The position numbers and the translations under genes were made by a program. From positions 192,651 to 244,278 of the forward strand of contig JACPLF010000007.1 in the NCBI GenBank assembly GCA_016186645.1: a stretch of 51,628 nt of DNA, written 5' to 3'. This DNA is from Candidatus Levyibacteriota bacterium (GTDB lineage Bacteria > Patescibacteriota > Microgenomatia > Levybacterales > UBA12049). Below, in pieces: positions 9,030 through 19,472 of the stretch. The notes under the pieces were generated by a model, which was not told the DNA's origin, did no database searches, and saw only the letters and a list, made by a program, of their open reading frames with translations. Positions within the stretch are counted from its first letter, which is position 1, and every line of letters begins with the position of its first letter.

Positions 9030-10705
9030 CGAAAAAAATAATTTATTTTTTAATATTTTTACTATTATTTATAGGATTTTTTCATCCTGTTTATTCTATT
9101 ACCCAAGATTTGGGAAGACACTTAAAAACCGGAGAGATTATTTTAAACACTTATTCTGTCCCGAAAACAAACTTATTTTCCTATACATACCCAAACTTTC
9201 CTTTCATAAATCACCACTGGTTATCTGAAGTTTTCTATTTTTTCTCGTTTCAAAGAGTGGGATTTAACGGACTACTTATTCTAAATACAGTTCTTGCTTT
9301 ATTAGCCTTTGGCTTAATTTTTAATATTGCTAACAAAAAAAATAATCCTTTGGTTCTTTTATTTTGCTCTTTGCTCTATATTCCTATTCTTTTTGAAAGA
9401 ACAGATGTGAGGCCGGAATTTTTCAGCTTCTTATTTTTATCTTTATTTATAGTTATTCTTTACAAATTCAGAGAAAAATGGACTTACTTAATATTTCTTC
9501 TTCCATTGATTGAGCTTTTATGGGTTAACATGCACATCTATTTCCCAATCGGCATTGTGCTGATAGTTTTCTTCTTAATCGATTATCTAATTCTAAATAG
9601 AAAACGTCTTAACCACCAACATACTAGTATATTAGTGTTAGTTCTTCTCCTTTCGGTTTTGGTAACACTTTTAAATCCCAATGGGTTAAAAGGAGCACTA
9701 TATCCTTTCACTGTTTTTCAAAACTACGGTTATTCGATAGAAGAAAACCAGAATATCTTTTTTTTATGGAATTTTGTGCATAAACAATCAATCCTTTTCT
9801 TTTTTATTACAGTGCCTCTTCTTTTTGCCGCTCTTTTCCTAAATTTTAAACGCGTGCTTCCAGTAGATTGGTTAATTTCTGTTTCCTTTACGATTCTGGC
9901 TATTCTTTCTATCCGAAATTTTCCCTTGTTTGTTTTTGCTACATTTATTCCATTTGTGAGATATACATCTGGTCTTAAGTTTTTTGCATTGAAAAAACAC
10001 CTTAAAATAGTTCTACTTATTCTTTTAATTTTTCTTGCTCTTTTTGAAACCCAGCAAATTTACATAAAGAAAGGCTTCGGGTTAGGAGTAGAAACTGGTG
10101 CAAAAAACGGGGCAGACTTTTTTATAAAAGAGAATCTAAAAGGGCCAATTTTTAATAATTTTGACATCGGAAGTTATCTGGATTATCGTTTTTATCCAAA
10201 AGAAAGAGTATTTGTTGATGGCCGGCCTGAAGCATATCCTGCAACTTTTTTCCTTCAGGATTATATTCCTATGCAAGTGGAGGAGAGTAAGTTTGATAAT
10301 CAAGACCAGAAATACAAGTTCAACACTATATTTTTCTCTCACACGGATCAGACCCCTTGGGGGGAAAACTTCATAAGACAAATTACTAAAAATAGTAAAT
10401 GGAAATTAGTATATCTGGACGATTTTGCAGTCATTTGGACCAAAGACCCGCCTGCCGGCGAGGCAGGTAAAAATATTAAATCAGTGATCAAAACGAATTA
10501 TTCAAACATGAGAAGCTTGATTCAGTTATCTCGCTTTTTCCAAATTGCAAGTCTAGAGGATCAAGAAATAAATATTTACCAGGAAATTCTTAATATCGAT
10601 CCCACCTTTTGCCCTGCTCTTTACAATCTTGCCCTAAAACTTCAAAGCAGAAATGATCCATCTTTCCCTATATTTATAAACAAATTTAATAATAATTGCC
10701 AATAA
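9026..10705 (+). CDS. Multi-pass membrane protein, probable GT-C-fold glycosyltransferase, with short C-terminal TPR-like helices
   Basis: Many TM segments with loop motifs DLGRHL..G, HHWLSE, RPEFFS, LWVNMH, NPNG and FVDGRPE. ATGA overlap with comM. Confidence 0.55.
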   Translation: MTKKIIYFLIFLLLFIGFFHPVYSITQDLGRHLKTGEIILNTYSVPKTNLFSYTYPNFPFINHHWLSEVFYFFSFQRVGFNGLLILNTVLALLAFGLIFNIANKKNNPLVLLFCSLLYIPILFERTDVRPEFFSFLFLSLFIVILYKFREKWTYLIFLLPLIELLWVNMHIYFPIGIVLIVFFLIDYLILNRKRLNHQHTSILVLVLLLSVLVTLLNPNGLKGALYPFTVFQNYGYSIEENQNIFFLWNFVHKQSILFFFITVPLLFAALFLNFKRVLPVDWLISVSFTILAILSIRNFPLFVFATFIPFVRYTSGLKFFALKKHLKIVLLILLIFLALFETQQIYIKKGFGLGVETGAKNGADFFIKENLKGPIFNNFDIGSYLDYRFYPKERVFVDGRPEAYPATFFLQDYIPMQVEESKFDNQDQKYKFNTIFFSHTDQTPWGENFIRQITKNSKWKLVYLDDFAVIWTKDPPAGEAGKNIKSVIKTNYSNMRSLIQLSRFFQIASLEDQEINIYQEILNIDPTFCPALYNLALKLQSRNDPSFPIFINKFNNNCQ

Positions 10706-10763
10706 ATCCTGCACTTTTACAATCCTGAAAGTGCAGGATAAAAAATTTTGCTACAATAAAATA

Positions 10764-13175
10764 ATGGAGAAAGGATTAGCTTCTTTAGAAGCTTTAGAAA
10801 AGCTAAAAAATTTTGGGAAAAACGAAATTACAACAAAAGAAAGAATATCCACTCTTTCTCTTTTCCTTTCTCAATTTCCTAATTTTATTAATGGCATTCT
10901 AGTTACAGCATCAATCCTTTCCTTCATAACTGGCAGCAATATTGACGGCTTATTTATTCTTATTATTTTATTTCTAAATGCATTTTTTGGTTTTATACAA
11001 GAATATAGAGCGGAAAAATCATTAGATAAGTTAAAAACTTATGTAAAATCTGTTGTAAGAGTTGTTAGAGATGGAAAAGAAATTCAACTAGACGCAGCGT
11101 ATTTAGTTCCAGGAGATGTTGTTCAAGTTGCCGAAGGAGATAGAATTCCTGCTGATGGAAAAATTATTACAGATAAATTTTTAGAGGTTGATGAATCCAT
11201 ATTAACAGGAGAGTCTTTGTCTATTATTAAAAACCGTGGTGAATCCGTGTTCTCAGGCACATTAATAACAAAAGGGTCTTCCCGGATAATTATCGAAACC
11301 ACAGGAAATCAGACTCGTTTTGGACAAATTGCTCAGACACTAGCTGGAGTAGCACCAGACAAAACACCTCTTCAGAAACGACTGGACGGCCTTGCAAAAA
11401 CTTTATCTGTTGTTATTCTTTTTGTAGCCGCCCTGATTATTCCTCTGGGAATTTTTCAGGGAAAAGAATTTGTGTCGCTACTCTTAATTGCGGTTAGCAT
11501 TGGAATTGCCGCAATCCCAGAAGGACTACCTGCTGTAGTCACAATTGCTCTTGCAATCGGAACTTCAAAAATGGCAAAAAGAAAAGCAATAGTTCGGCGC
11601 ATGCAGTCTATTGAAACGCTGGGCGCAGTCCAGATAATCATAACTGATAAAACAGGTACTTTAACACAAAACGTAATGCGGGTTAAAAAATTCCAAACAT
11701 TAAAGCCGGACTATTTAGCTCCTCTTTTAAAAGCGTGTGTCTTGGGAAATACTGCTTCTCTTATTGATAAGGCGGGAGTCTCGCCGCTTGCGGGATCCAG
11801 AATGGAAACTACCATCGGGAAAAAACCCGATATTGTTGGCGACAAAACAGACGGAGCGCTCTTACTTTTTGCAAAAGAGCAGAAACAAGATCTTCAGATG
11901 TTGAAAAAAGAAGGCGCAATTTTGGAAGAATATTCTTTTGATCCGCAAAAATCAACCGTAACAACCATTTGGGTCAACAAACAAAATGCAAAGCATATTT
12001 TTGTAAGAGGCGCCCCTGAAGTTGTTTTGTCCAAAAGCAAAATCTCTAAAAAAGAAAAAGATAAGGTTATCAGACTCTATCAGGCTTACGCAAGAGAAGG
12101 ACTTCGGGTTATTGGATTTGCAGCTAGAACTTCAGACCATCATTCTCTTCATATCGCAAGAGAAGATGCGGAAAAAAACTTAACTTTTCTTGGGATTGTC
12201 GGAATCTACGATCCGCCCCGACCTGAAGCCAGAAAAGCAGTTGAAGAATCCAAAAAAGCTGGAATTCAAACAATTATGGTAACCGGAGACAATGTTTTAA
12301 CTGCATCAGCAATTGCTCAAGAAATTGGACTTTTGGAAGAGGGCGATGACATTGTAACAGGTGAGGAAATAGATAAAATGACAAATGAAGAACTCGAAAA
12401 AATAATTCTCAAAACCAGAATTTTTGCTCGTACAAAACCTGAGGATAAATTAAGACTGGTAACAGTACTTAAAAAAATGGGTTATGTAGTTGGCGTTACC
12501 GGAGACGGAGTTAATGATGCTTTGGCATTAAAACGCGCAGATGTAGGATTGGCAATGGGAGAATCAGGAACTGATGTTGCTAAAGAAGCAAGCGACATTG
12601 TGTTAGTTGATGATAATTTCTCAACAGTTGTGTCTGCAGTTGAGGAAGGAAGAACAATTTATAACAATATTTTAAAAGCAATTACTTATCTTCTGACCAG
12701 CAATCTGTCTGAGCTTTCCCTTGTTGTTTTCGCAAGTATTTTGGGGATGCCTAACCCATTTTTCCCAACTCAGATACTTTGGATCAACTTGGTTACAGAT
12801 GGTCTACCCGCACTGGCACTTGCATCAGACAATAAAGACCATAGTGTTCTTAGCAGAAAACCGAGAAATCCTAATGCTCCGATCCTAAACGACGGGCGTC
12901 TGATATTTATTTTGGTAATTGGGTTTTCTATATCTCTTATTTTGCTTTTTGTATTTAATACTCTTCTTGAAAATGGATCATCTGAAACTCTTGCCAGAAC
13001 TATAATATTTAATGCTCTTATTGCCTCGCACATGATTCTTGCTTTTATAGTTAGGGGAAGACTGATGTTGAGGCTCAACAAATTTCTTATTCTGGGAGTG
13101 CTATTTACTTTTATCCTTCAAGCGGTTATAACCTTCAACCCCTTCTTCCAAAAAATCTTTAGACTCGGATTTTAA
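10764..13175 (+). CDS. P-type cation-transporting ATPase, type II (Ca2+/Mg2+-like)
   Basis: TGES, IPEGLP, phosphorylation motif DKTGTLT, TGDN, GDGVND and QILWINLVTDG. Start placed at ATG 10764. Confidence 0.92.
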   Translation: MEKGLASLEALEKLKNFGKNEITTKERISTLSLFLSQFPNFINGILVTASILSFITGSNIDGLFILIILFLNAFFGFIQEYRAEKSLDKLKTYVKSVVRVVRDGKEIQLDAAYLVPGDVVQVAEGDRIPADGKIITDKFLEVDESILTGESLSIIKNRGESVFSGTLITKGSSRIIIETTGNQTRFGQIAQTLAGVAPDKTPLQKRLDGLAKTLSVVILFVAALIIPLGIFQGKEFVSLLLIAVSIGIAAIPEGLPAVVTIALAIGTSKMAKRKAIVRRMQSIETLGAVQIIITDKTGTLTQNVMRVKKFQTLKPDYLAPLLKACVLGNTASLIDKAGVSPLAGSRMETTIGKKPDIVGDKTDGALLLFAKEQKQDLQMLKKEGAILEEYSFDPQKSTVTTIWVNKQNAKHIFVRGAPEVVLSKSKISKKEKDKVIRLYQAYAREGLRVIGFAARTSDHHSLHIAREDAEKNLTFLGIVGIYDPPRPEARKAVEESKKAGIQTIMVTGDNVLTASAIAQEIGLLEEGDDIVTGEEIDKMTNEELEKIILKTRIFARTKPEDKLRLVTVLKKMGYVVGVTGDGVNDALALKRADVGLAMGESGTDVAKEASDIVLVDDNFSTVVSAVEEGRTIYNNILKAITYLLTSNLSELSLVVFASILGMPNPFFPTQILWINLVTDGLPALALASDNKDHSVLSRKPRNPNAPILNDGRLIFILVIGFSISLILLFVFNTLLENGSSETLARTIIFNALIASHMILAFIVRGRLMLRLNKFLILGVLFTFILQAVITFNPFFQKIFRLGF

Positions 13176-13200
13176 AGCAGTTTTTGCTGGTTTTTGCCGT
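13172..13200 (-). repeat. Displaced duplicate of the ruvB 3' end
   Basis: The - strand reads GGC AAA AAC CAG CAA AAA CTG CTT TAA (GKNQQKLL*), versus the ruvB end AKNQQKLI*. A 15-bp identical stretch tttttgctggttttt lies at 13181-13195 and 13928-13942. Confidence 0.75.
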
Positions 13201-13245
13201 CAGCAGCTTGTCAATAGTTAGAAATGCTTGTAAATCAAGCTTTTT

Positions 13246-13274
13246 TTGTCTTAGGGCGAAATTTGGTGTATAAT
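13246..13274 (+). promoter_or_regulatory. sigma70 promoter of the DUF433/DUF5615 module
   Basis: TTGTCT-17 bp-TATAAT, 24 bp before the ATG at 13299. Confidence 0.55.
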
Positions 13275-13298
13275 CCAATTATCTTAATTTCCTAGTTT

Positions 13299-13514
13299 AT
13301 GAAAAAACCTACACTTACAAAAGAATCTACGCTTGCAAAAGCCAATTTAATTCCAAAAAGCAGAATTCCAATTGCTTATCTTTTAGATTATATAAAGGAA
13401 GGTTATTCTGTTTCTGATTTTCTCGCATCTTATCCTTGGATAAAGAAAAAAGATGTAGGAAAAGCCTTAGACGAAATCAAGACGCGAGAATTTACTGCCC
13501 GTTATGCCCTCTAA
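13299..13514 (+). CDS. DUF433-family antitoxin
   Basis: SRIPIAYLLDYIKEGYSVSDFLASYPWI matches the DUF433 pattern; overlaps the downstream PIN-like gene. Confidence 0.75.
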   Translation: MKKPTLTKESTLAKANLIPKSRIPIAYLLDYIKEGYSVSDFLASYPWIKKKDVGKALDEIKTREFTARYAL

Positions 13515-13908
13515 AAAATCCCGCATACAGCTCTACGCCGACGAGTGTTTCCCTGTTACGGCCGTAATGGAATTAAAATCTTTTGGATATTCTATTATTC
13601 ATGCTTTTGACAGAAAACTCGTTCATAAATCAGATCGCTTACATCTTAAAGAGAGCAAAAAATTAAAAAGAGCTCTTATTACGCTAGATCGAGATTTCAT
13701 TTCTTACGAACAGGTTAATCTGAATGCACATCCTGGGGTCATAGTTATTTCTGCCGGATCGGCAACTCCTAAAAACATAAATAAAATTTGTAAAAAATTA
13801 CTTACCATTATCAATAGCGATTCAGTCAAAAATTCACTCCTTAGAGTTACTTCCAGCAAGATAATAAAAATGAAAAGGGGTAAAATCGTAAGCGAAAGAA
13901 AACTATGA
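13504..13908 (+). CDS. DUF5615 PIN-like toxin
   Basis: LYADECFP...SD...LITLDRDF...HPGVIVI; canonical pairing with DUF433. Confidence 0.75.
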   Translation: MPSKKSRIQLYADECFPVTAVMELKSFGYSIIHAFDRKLVHKSDRLHLKESKKLKRALITLDRDFISYEQVNLNAHPGVIVISAGSATPKNINKICKKLLTIINSDSVKNSLLRVTSSKIIKMKRGKIVSERKL

Positions 13909-13918
13909 TCTTTGAATT

Positions 13919-14971
13919 TTAAATTAATTTTTGCTGGTTTTTTGCGCCAGCTGGCGCATCAACGAATTTTTTGCCTAAATGTTCGTAGGCGTGTTTGGTT
14001 GCGACTCGGCCGGATTTGGTTCTTTTTATAAATCCAAGCTGAAGTAAATAAGGTTCTACTACTTCCTCAACTGTTCCTATATCTTCAGAAATGGATGCGG
14101 CAATGGTTTCTACTCCAACTGGTCCTCCGCTATGTTTTTCAATAATATTTTTTAAATATCTCCTGTCCAAAGAGTCCAGTCCAAATGGATCAACTCCCAG
14201 CAAATCCAAAGCCTGGACAATATTAACTTTATCGATATCCCCGCCTGCTTTAACTTGCGCATAGTCTCTTGCTCTTTTCAGAAGTTTCAGAGCGACTCTT
14301 GGAGTTCCTCTGGCTCTTTTTGCAATTTCTTTTATGCTTTCTCGATCAACTTTCACTTTTAATTTTTTCGCCGCATTTGAAATTATTGTTTCAAGTTCTT
14401 GTGGCATGTAAAAATTAAGCCTGTGGACAAGACCAAACCTGTCTCGAAGGGGCGCTGACATTAATCCAATTCTTGTTGTTGCTCCAATAATTGTAAATTG
14501 CGGAAGATCCAATCTTAAAGTCCGGGCAGAAGGCCCTTTACCAATAATAATATCGAGCGCATAGTCTTCCATCGCAGGATACAGCGTCTCCTCAACTACT
14601 TTATTAAGCCTGTGAATTTCGTCAATAAACAATATGTCTCCTTTTTCAAGATTGGTTAAAATTGAAGCCAAATCTCCTGCCCTTTCAATTGCTGGCCCGG
14701 ATGTCACTCTAATATTTGATCCCATTTCTTTTGCAATTAAATGAGACAGAGTTGTTTTACCAAGCCCCGGAGGACCATACAAAAGAATATGCTCTATTGC
14801 TTCTTTTCGCCTCAATGATGCGGTTATTGTAATTTTCAAAGACTCTTTTATTGAGGATTGTCCGTGAAACTCATTCCACTGTTTTACCCGAAGAGAAGTA
14901 AACAACGCCTCTTCTTCAGGATTAACTTGTTCGACTAAATTACTTTTTTGTTTTGTTTTATTATTTACCAT
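13919..14971 (-). CDS. ruvB: Holliday junction branch migration helicase RuvB
   Basis: [55 protein letters not shown]. Confidence 0.97.
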   Translation of the reverse strand: MVNNKTKQKSNLVEQVNPEEEALFTSLRVKQWNEFHGQSSIKESLKITITASLRRKEAIEHILLYGPPGLGKTTLSHLIAKEMGSNIRVTSGPAIERAGDLASILTNLEKGDILFIDEIHRLNKVVEETLYPAMEDYALDIIIGKGPSARTLRLDLPQFTIIGATTRIGLMSAPLRDRFGLVHRLNFYMPQELETIISNAAKKLKVKVDRESIKEIAKRARGTPRVALKLLKRARDYAQVKAGGDIDKVNIVQALDLLGVDPFGLDSLDRRYLKNIIEKHSGGPVGVETIAASISEDIGTVEEVVEPYLLQLGFIKRTKSGRVATKHAYEHLGKKFVDAPAGAKNQQKLI

Positions 14972-14982
14972 AATTCAAATTT

Positions 14983-15083
14983 TTAATTACTCTAATTTCT
15001 AATTGACCTAATCAAATTCCAAATCCCAATTGGTGATTGGGAATTCTTTAGAAATTAGGCTAATTAGATCAATTAGGTTAATT
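14983..15083. repeat. Inverted short-period (7-9 nt) tandem arrays filling the ruvA-ruvB spacer
   Basis: Left arm of CTAATT units, right arm of AATTAG units at 9-nt spacing (15053, 15062, 15071). Perfect IR ctaatttctaa (14992-15002)/ttagaaattag (15048-15058); inner IR cccaat/attggg. Confidence 0.7.
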
Positions 15084-15659
15084 TTATTTCCCAAGGTATT
15101 TTAGCGCCAATTTAATTGTTTCTGTAATTTTTTGCCCTTTTTTCTTAACAGCTCTTATCGCATCATGAATTTCTTTGCTCGTAAATCCAAAGCCTTTCAA
15201 TGCAGCTACTGCTTCTTCGCTTCCAGACATATCATCTCCGCTTAAATCAAGATCCCCTATTCCGCCAAATTTATTTTTTAACTCAATTATTATTTTCTGC
15301 GCGTTTTTTCGTCCCAGTCTTGGAACAGAAGTAAAAAAATCAACGTCTCCTTTTGTAATCGCAGACATTATTTCGCCTCTATTGCCAACTGAAAAAATAT
15401 GCATTGCAGTCTTGGGGCCTATACCTGAAACTCCAATTAGATTCTCGAAAAGTTTCAAATCCAAAGCTTCCAGAAAACCAAAAAGGGAAATATTGTCTTC
15501 TCTGACATGAGTATAAATGAAAAGTTCCAGTAGTTCCCCTTTAATCGCTTTTGACAAAACGTCGATTGCAGCCAAAACTTTGTATCCAACTCCTTTAACA
15601 TCAAGAATAATAGAATTTGCTTCTTTGAAAAATACAACTCCGCTCAAATGCCCTATCAT
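15084..15659 (-). CDS. ruvA: Holliday junction DNA-binding protein RuvA
   Basis: MIGHLSG...GVGY...THVRED...LFGF...VSGIGPKTA...VPRLGRKNAQKIIIELK. Start placed at ATG 15659. Confidence 0.95.
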   Translation of the reverse strand: MIGHLSGVVFFKEANSIILDVKGVGYKVLAAIDVLSKAIKGELLELFIYTHVREDNISLFGFLEALDLKLFENLIGVSGIGPKTAMHIFSVGNRGEIMSAITKGDVDFFTSVPRLGRKNAQKIIIELKNKFGGIGDLDLSGDDMSGSEEAVAALKGFGFTSKEIHDAIRAVKKKGQKITETIKLALKYLGK

Positions 15660-15717
15660 TTCGTCTTGATTATAGCACAAGGATTGTCTATTATAGATAC
15701 TGAGCGTAGCCGAATGT

Positions 15718-16158
15718 ATGAATTTTGATCCAAAACAATTTGACAAATCATCATTTACTAATGATTCTTATGTAAAAAGAGTGGAAAAACCATGGGGGTA
15801 TGAACTCCACTGGGTAGCGGAAAATCTTCCCTACATGGGCAAGATTGAACATGTAAATGCAGGCGCTCGCTTATCTCTTCAAATTCATGATCAAAAAAGA
15901 GAAAGCTTCTTCCTTATGAGCGGCCGGGGAAAAATTATTTGGGACAATAATAAAGGAGAACTTGTTGAAACAGAAATGGAAAAAGGCAAAGGATATACTT
16001 GCGCTACAGGACAAAGACACAGGCTGGTTGGAATTACGGATTGCGATATTATTGAGGTATCAACACCTGAAATGGGCACAACCTATAGGCTTGAAGACGA
16101 TTACAAACGTCCAGACGAAACCCCACAACAGCGCAAAAAAGAACGCGGAGAAGTCTAA
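15718..16158 (+). CDS. Cupin-domain protein (mannose-6-phosphate isomerase type II C-terminal-like)
   Basis: EKPWG, RLSLQIH, HRL, EVSTPE, RLEDDY. Confidence 0.75.
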   Translation: MNFDPKQFDKSSFTNDSYVKRVEKPWGYELHWVAENLPYMGKIEHVNAGARLSLQIHDQKRESFFLMSGRGKIIWDNNKGELVETEMEKGKGYTCATGQRHRLVGITDCDIIEVSTPEMGTTYRLEDDYKRPDETPQQRKKERGEV

Positions 16159-16580
16159 TTCTCAAAATCTTCTAAAAATTCCCCGGGAGTTACAATCTTA
16201 ATGCCTCTATAAATTTTTAACTGTAGCAAATCTTCATCTCCGGTAACAATATATTTGCAATCTCCTTCCGCTGCTGCTTCCAAAACCCGATTATCATCCT
16301 TATCTCGCGAGGCGTATATTATTTTTCCTGGCTGGACTATTTTAAAAATTACTTCTATATTTTTAAGGGTTAATTGAAAGGCTTCTTCCTTCAAAGGAAA
16401 CTTTTTGCTAAAGACTTCTCTAATTTCGGTAATTAAAGAGGGTGAAATCGCGCAAATAATTTTCTCTTCAAGCGCTAATCTCAGAATTCTATATGGTTTA
16501 CCGCCAAAAAGTATTGCAGAAACCAAAACATTTGTATCAAGGACTACCCTAATGAGGTTTTCTCCCGTGGCGAAATTCAT
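16155..16580 (-). CDS. PIN-domain (VapC-like) toxin
   Basis: RVVLDTNVLVSA...DKDDNRVLEAA...YIVTGDEDLL. Confidence 0.85.
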   Translation of the reverse strand: MNFATGENLIRVVLDTNVLVSAILFGGKPYRILRLALEEKIICAISPSLITEIREVFSKKFPLKEEAFQLTLKNIEVIFKIVQPGKIIYASRDKDDNRVLEAAAEGDCKYIVTGDEDLLQLKIYRGIKIVTPGEFLEDFEN

Positions 16581-16800
16581 ATACAATGTCGTCTATCTGC
16601 TTTTCGCTCCTGATTCCCATTCTTTTTGCAGTTTCTCTTCCAGCCCTAAAAATTTTATTCCAATCTTTCATCCTTTGCATATAAATTCTTAGCGCTTCAC
16701 GAATAAGCTCGCTCCGGCTACGATACTCATTTTCTGCGAACTCATCAATTTTTTTCACCATCTCTTTTGGCAAAGATATGTTCAAGGTTCGTGTTTGCAT
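16549..16800 (-). CDS. CopG/ribbon-helix-helix antitoxin
   Basis: TLNISLPKEMVKKIDEFA...SRSELIREALR; overlaps the toxin start. Confidence 0.85.
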   Translation of the reverse strand: MQTRTLNISLPKEMVKKIDEFAENEYRSRSELIREALRIYMQRMKDWNKIFRAGRETAKRMGIRSEKQIDDIVYEFRHGRKPH

Positions 16801-16836
16801 ACAATGATTGTATGGGTTTTGTATCTATCTGTCAAG
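16800..16836 (-). promoter_or_regulatory. Leaderless promoter with palindromic operator for the RHH-PIN module
   Basis: TTGACA-17 bp-TACAAT, then 6 nt to the ATG. The palindrome TACAAT-C-ATTGTA (16800-16812) covers the -10 and the start. Confidence 0.7.
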
Positions 16837-16863
16837 AGGCAAAACGCGGCAAAATCTAAGAAA

Positions 16864-18165
16864 TTATTTTCTTAATCTCTTTACGTCTCTCCACCCAATA
16901 TCTGTTCTAAAATGAAGATTATTGCCTTCAATGCTTAATAAAAACATTGCATCATACGCACGTTTCCGCGCTTCAATAACAGCTTTTCCTTCTCCCACCA
17001 CATGAAATAATCTTCCTGATGAAACAAAATATTTATCTTTGTCTTTGGTCACCCTCGCACCGTATAAAGTTATCCCCTTAAGCCTGAGTGCTTTTTCTAT
17101 ACCAAACAGTTCTCTTTTTTTATTTATTGCTCCCGGACGAAGCGACCCTGTAACTGCAACTCGTGACTTACCATCAACTATAATCTTGAAATTTCTTAGA
17201 TTGCCTTGCGCTACATTCATTGAAAGTTCAAAAAAGTCATTTTCTATACCCGGCACGAGAACTTCTGCTTCCGGATCGCCCCATCGCGCATTAAATTCAA
17301 TAACAAAAACCTTACCTTCCACAACCATTCCTCCCAAATATAAAACACCTTTATATGGGCGCTTTTCAGAAGCTAAGCCCAAAACTGTTTTTTTGAATAT
17401 TAATTCTCCCTGTTTATAAATTTTTTTATTCACAACAGATGTTGGTGTAATACAGCCAATTCCACCGGTATTTGGTCCTAAGTCGCGGTCATATAATCTT
17501 TTGTAGTCTTCCGCACATCCTAATATCTGGAATGTGCTACCGTCTGTTATTGCAAACATGGAAAACTCTTCCCCTACAAGCCATTCCTCAATAACAAAAG
17601 TCTCTCCTGATTTTCCAAATCTATCCATTTGCTTAATTGCTTTAATAGCTTCCTTTGCATTCTCTGCAGGGATTGCACCTTTTCCTTCAGCAAGACCTGA
17701 TGCTTTAATAAAAAATCGTTTAGAGGGATTTTTATTTATAAAATTTATTGCTTTTTTTTGGGAATTAAATATATGATAATCAGGAGACGGGATTTTATAC
17801 TTCTTCATAAACTCCCGAGCCCAAGCCTTATCCCATTCTATTTGTCCTGCCGCATGTGTCGGGCCTACAACATTAAATTTTTCTTTCGTTAGCTTATCAA
17901 CAAGACCTGTTTCTACTGCATTATCTTGAGCAACATCAGCTAAGTCTACTTTTTCTTTTTTAGAGATTTTCAGAATTTCCTTAAGGCTTGTTGTTTTTAA
18001 ATTTGGGAAAATTTTAACAGGTTTTTGGGAATTAATTTTCATTAAATCATTCCCCGGAATAACAATTATTTTTGAAACGTGCGGACTTTGGGAATATTTA
18101 TGTACCAAGACTGCCCCTCTTCCTCCCCCATCAATAACCAAAACAGTATTGCCTTTTTTCTTCAT
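16864..18165 (-). CDS. purD: Phosphoribosylamine--glycine ligase
   Basis: [68 protein letters not shown] overlap with ruvC. Confidence 0.88.
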   Translation of the reverse strand: MKKKGNTVLVIDGGGRGAVLVHKYSQSPHVSKIIVIPGNDLMKINSQKPVKIFPNLKTTSLKEILKISKKEKVDLADVAQDNAVETGLVDKLTKEKFNVVGPTHAAGQIEWDKAWAREFMKKYKIPSPDYHIFNSQKKAINFINKNPSKRFFIKASGLAEGKGAIPAENAKEAIKAIKQMDRFGKSGETFVIEEWLVGEEFSMFAITDGSTFQILGCAEDYKRLYDRDLGPNTGGIGCITPTSVVNKKIYKQGELIFKKTVLGLASEKRPYKGVLYLGGMVVEGKVFVIEFNARWGDPEAEVLVPGIENDFFELSMNVAQGNLRNFKIIVDGKSRVAVTGSLRPGAINKKRELFGIEKALRLKGITLYGARVTKDKDKYFVSSGRLFHVVGEGKAVIEARKRAYDAMFLLSIEGNNLHFRTDIGWRDVKRLRK

Positions 18166-18641
18166 CTTAATTTTTTATTTGTAAAAGCGTGGGTGAGGGC
18201 GACTGCTAAAGCATCTGCAACATCATCAGGCTTGGGAATTTCCGGAAGTTTTAATAAAACTTTAACCATTTGTCCAATTTGCGCTTTTTCCGCCCTTCCA
18301 TAACCGGTTATTGCCATTTTTACTTGTAAGGGCGTATAAATTGCAGTTTTAAGACCAAAATTTGCCGCAGCCAAAAGCACTACTCCTCTTGCCTGTCCGA
18401 CAATCAATGCTGTTTTCGCATTAGTATTGAAAAATAACTCCTCGATTGCCAAAACATCCGGCTTGTGTTTTTTTATTAATTCTGTAATTGCCTTATAAAC
18501 CGTAAGCAATCTTTTTTCTACGGGAATATTCACTTTCGTTTCCGCACATCCATAATTTTGCACTTTGCACTTTGCATTTTGCACTTCAACGATTCCCCAT
18601 CCGCATCTTGCAATCCCCGGATCAATTCCCAAAATTTTCAT
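18162..18641 (-). CDS. ruvC: Crossover junction endodeoxyribonuclease RuvC
   Basis: [49 protein letters not shown]. Confidence 0.96.
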   Translation of the reverse strand: MKILGIDPGIARCGWGIVEVQNAKCKVQNYGCAETKVNIPVEKRLLTVYKAITELIKKHKPDVLAIEELFFNTNAKTALIVGQARGVVLLAAANFGLKTAIYTPLQVKMAITGYGRAEKAQIGQMVKVLLKLPEIPKPDDVADALAVALTHAFTNKKLR

Positions 18642-18706
18642 AAAATCAAAATGATTATAGCATTAACAGTTGTATTAATATCCCAAATACGGTAAAATAA
18701 CAAATT

Positions 18707-19471
18707 ATGAAGCGTTTTAGCCTTAAAGTCGAACCTCGAAAAATTGTTGGAAAAAAAGTAAAAAAACTTCGAAAAGAAGGCTTTTTACCAGCCAACATTT
18801 ATGGAAAAGGTGTAAAATCTCTGTCTTTACAAGTCCCCTACAAAGAGTTTGAAAAAGTTTATAAAGAAGCAGGCGTTACAGGAATTGTAGATGTTGAGGT
18901 CGACGGAACTGTAAGGCCGTCTCTTATTCACAATGTTCAGCAAGATTATTATAATCATCAGCTTCTTCATGCGGATTTTTTCCAAGTTAATCTTAAAGAA
19001 AAAGTTACAACCATGGTCAAAATTGTCGCAATTGGAGAGCCAAAAGCGGTCTCGGAAAAACTTGGACTTTTACTACAGCCTCTTGCTGAAGTCGAAATCG
19101 AAGCACTCCCAACAGATCTTCCTGACAAGATAGAGGTAAATGTTGAGCCTCTCGCAGAATTGGATGCACAAATTACAGTTGGTGAAATAAAAGCTCCAAC
19201 CGGCGTAACCATTTTGACAGACGCAGGACAAGTTGTAGCCAAGATTGGATCTCTTATCAGTAAAGAAGCTGCAGAACAAGCGGCAGCTGAGGCTGCAGCG
19301 GCACAAGCACTAAAAGCTGCAGTTCCTGCGGAAGGTGCAATAACAGAAGGAGCTGCTCCCGCAGCCGAGGGCGCACCAAAGACAGAGGGAGAAACCCCTT
19401 CCACAGGCTCAGGGCAAGCAAAACCTGCCGCTGCAAAACCGGAAGCCAAAGCAGAAGCACCAAAGAAATAA
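18707..19471 (+). CDS. rplY: 50S ribosomal protein bL25/Ctc with Ala/Glu/Pro-rich tail
   Basis: R....GKKVKKLRKEGFLPANIYG, LLHADF, VEIEALPTDLPDKIEV. Confidence 0.92.
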   Translation: MKRFSLKVEPRKIVGKKVKKLRKEGFLPANIYGKGVKSLSLQVPYKEFEKVYKEAGVTGIVDVEVDGTVRPSLIHNVQQDYYNHQLLHADFFQVNLKEKVTTMVKIVAIGEPKAVSEKLGLLLQPLAEVEIEALPTDLPDKIEVNVEPLAELDAQITVGEIKAPTGVTILTDAGQVVAKIGSLISKEAAEQAAAEAAAAQALKAAVPAEGAITEGAAPAAEGAPKTEGETPSTGSGQAKPAAAKPEAKAEAPKK

Positions 19472-19472
19472 C

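Noticed and set aside
11771-11800. GC-rich patch in the P-type ATPase (AGVSPLAGSR) as another REP insertion
   Set aside because: It probably is an insertion, but the hairpin is poor and I could not match it to another copy.
13226-13247. Intrinsic terminator gcttg-taaat-caagc-T7
   Set aside because: The stem is only 5 bp and overlaps the TA promoter -35 region; too weak to call.
18967-19463. Antisense ORFs (160, 77 and 68 aa) opposite rplY
   Set aside because: Shadows of the GC-rich Ala-coding tail of rplY; no independent signals.
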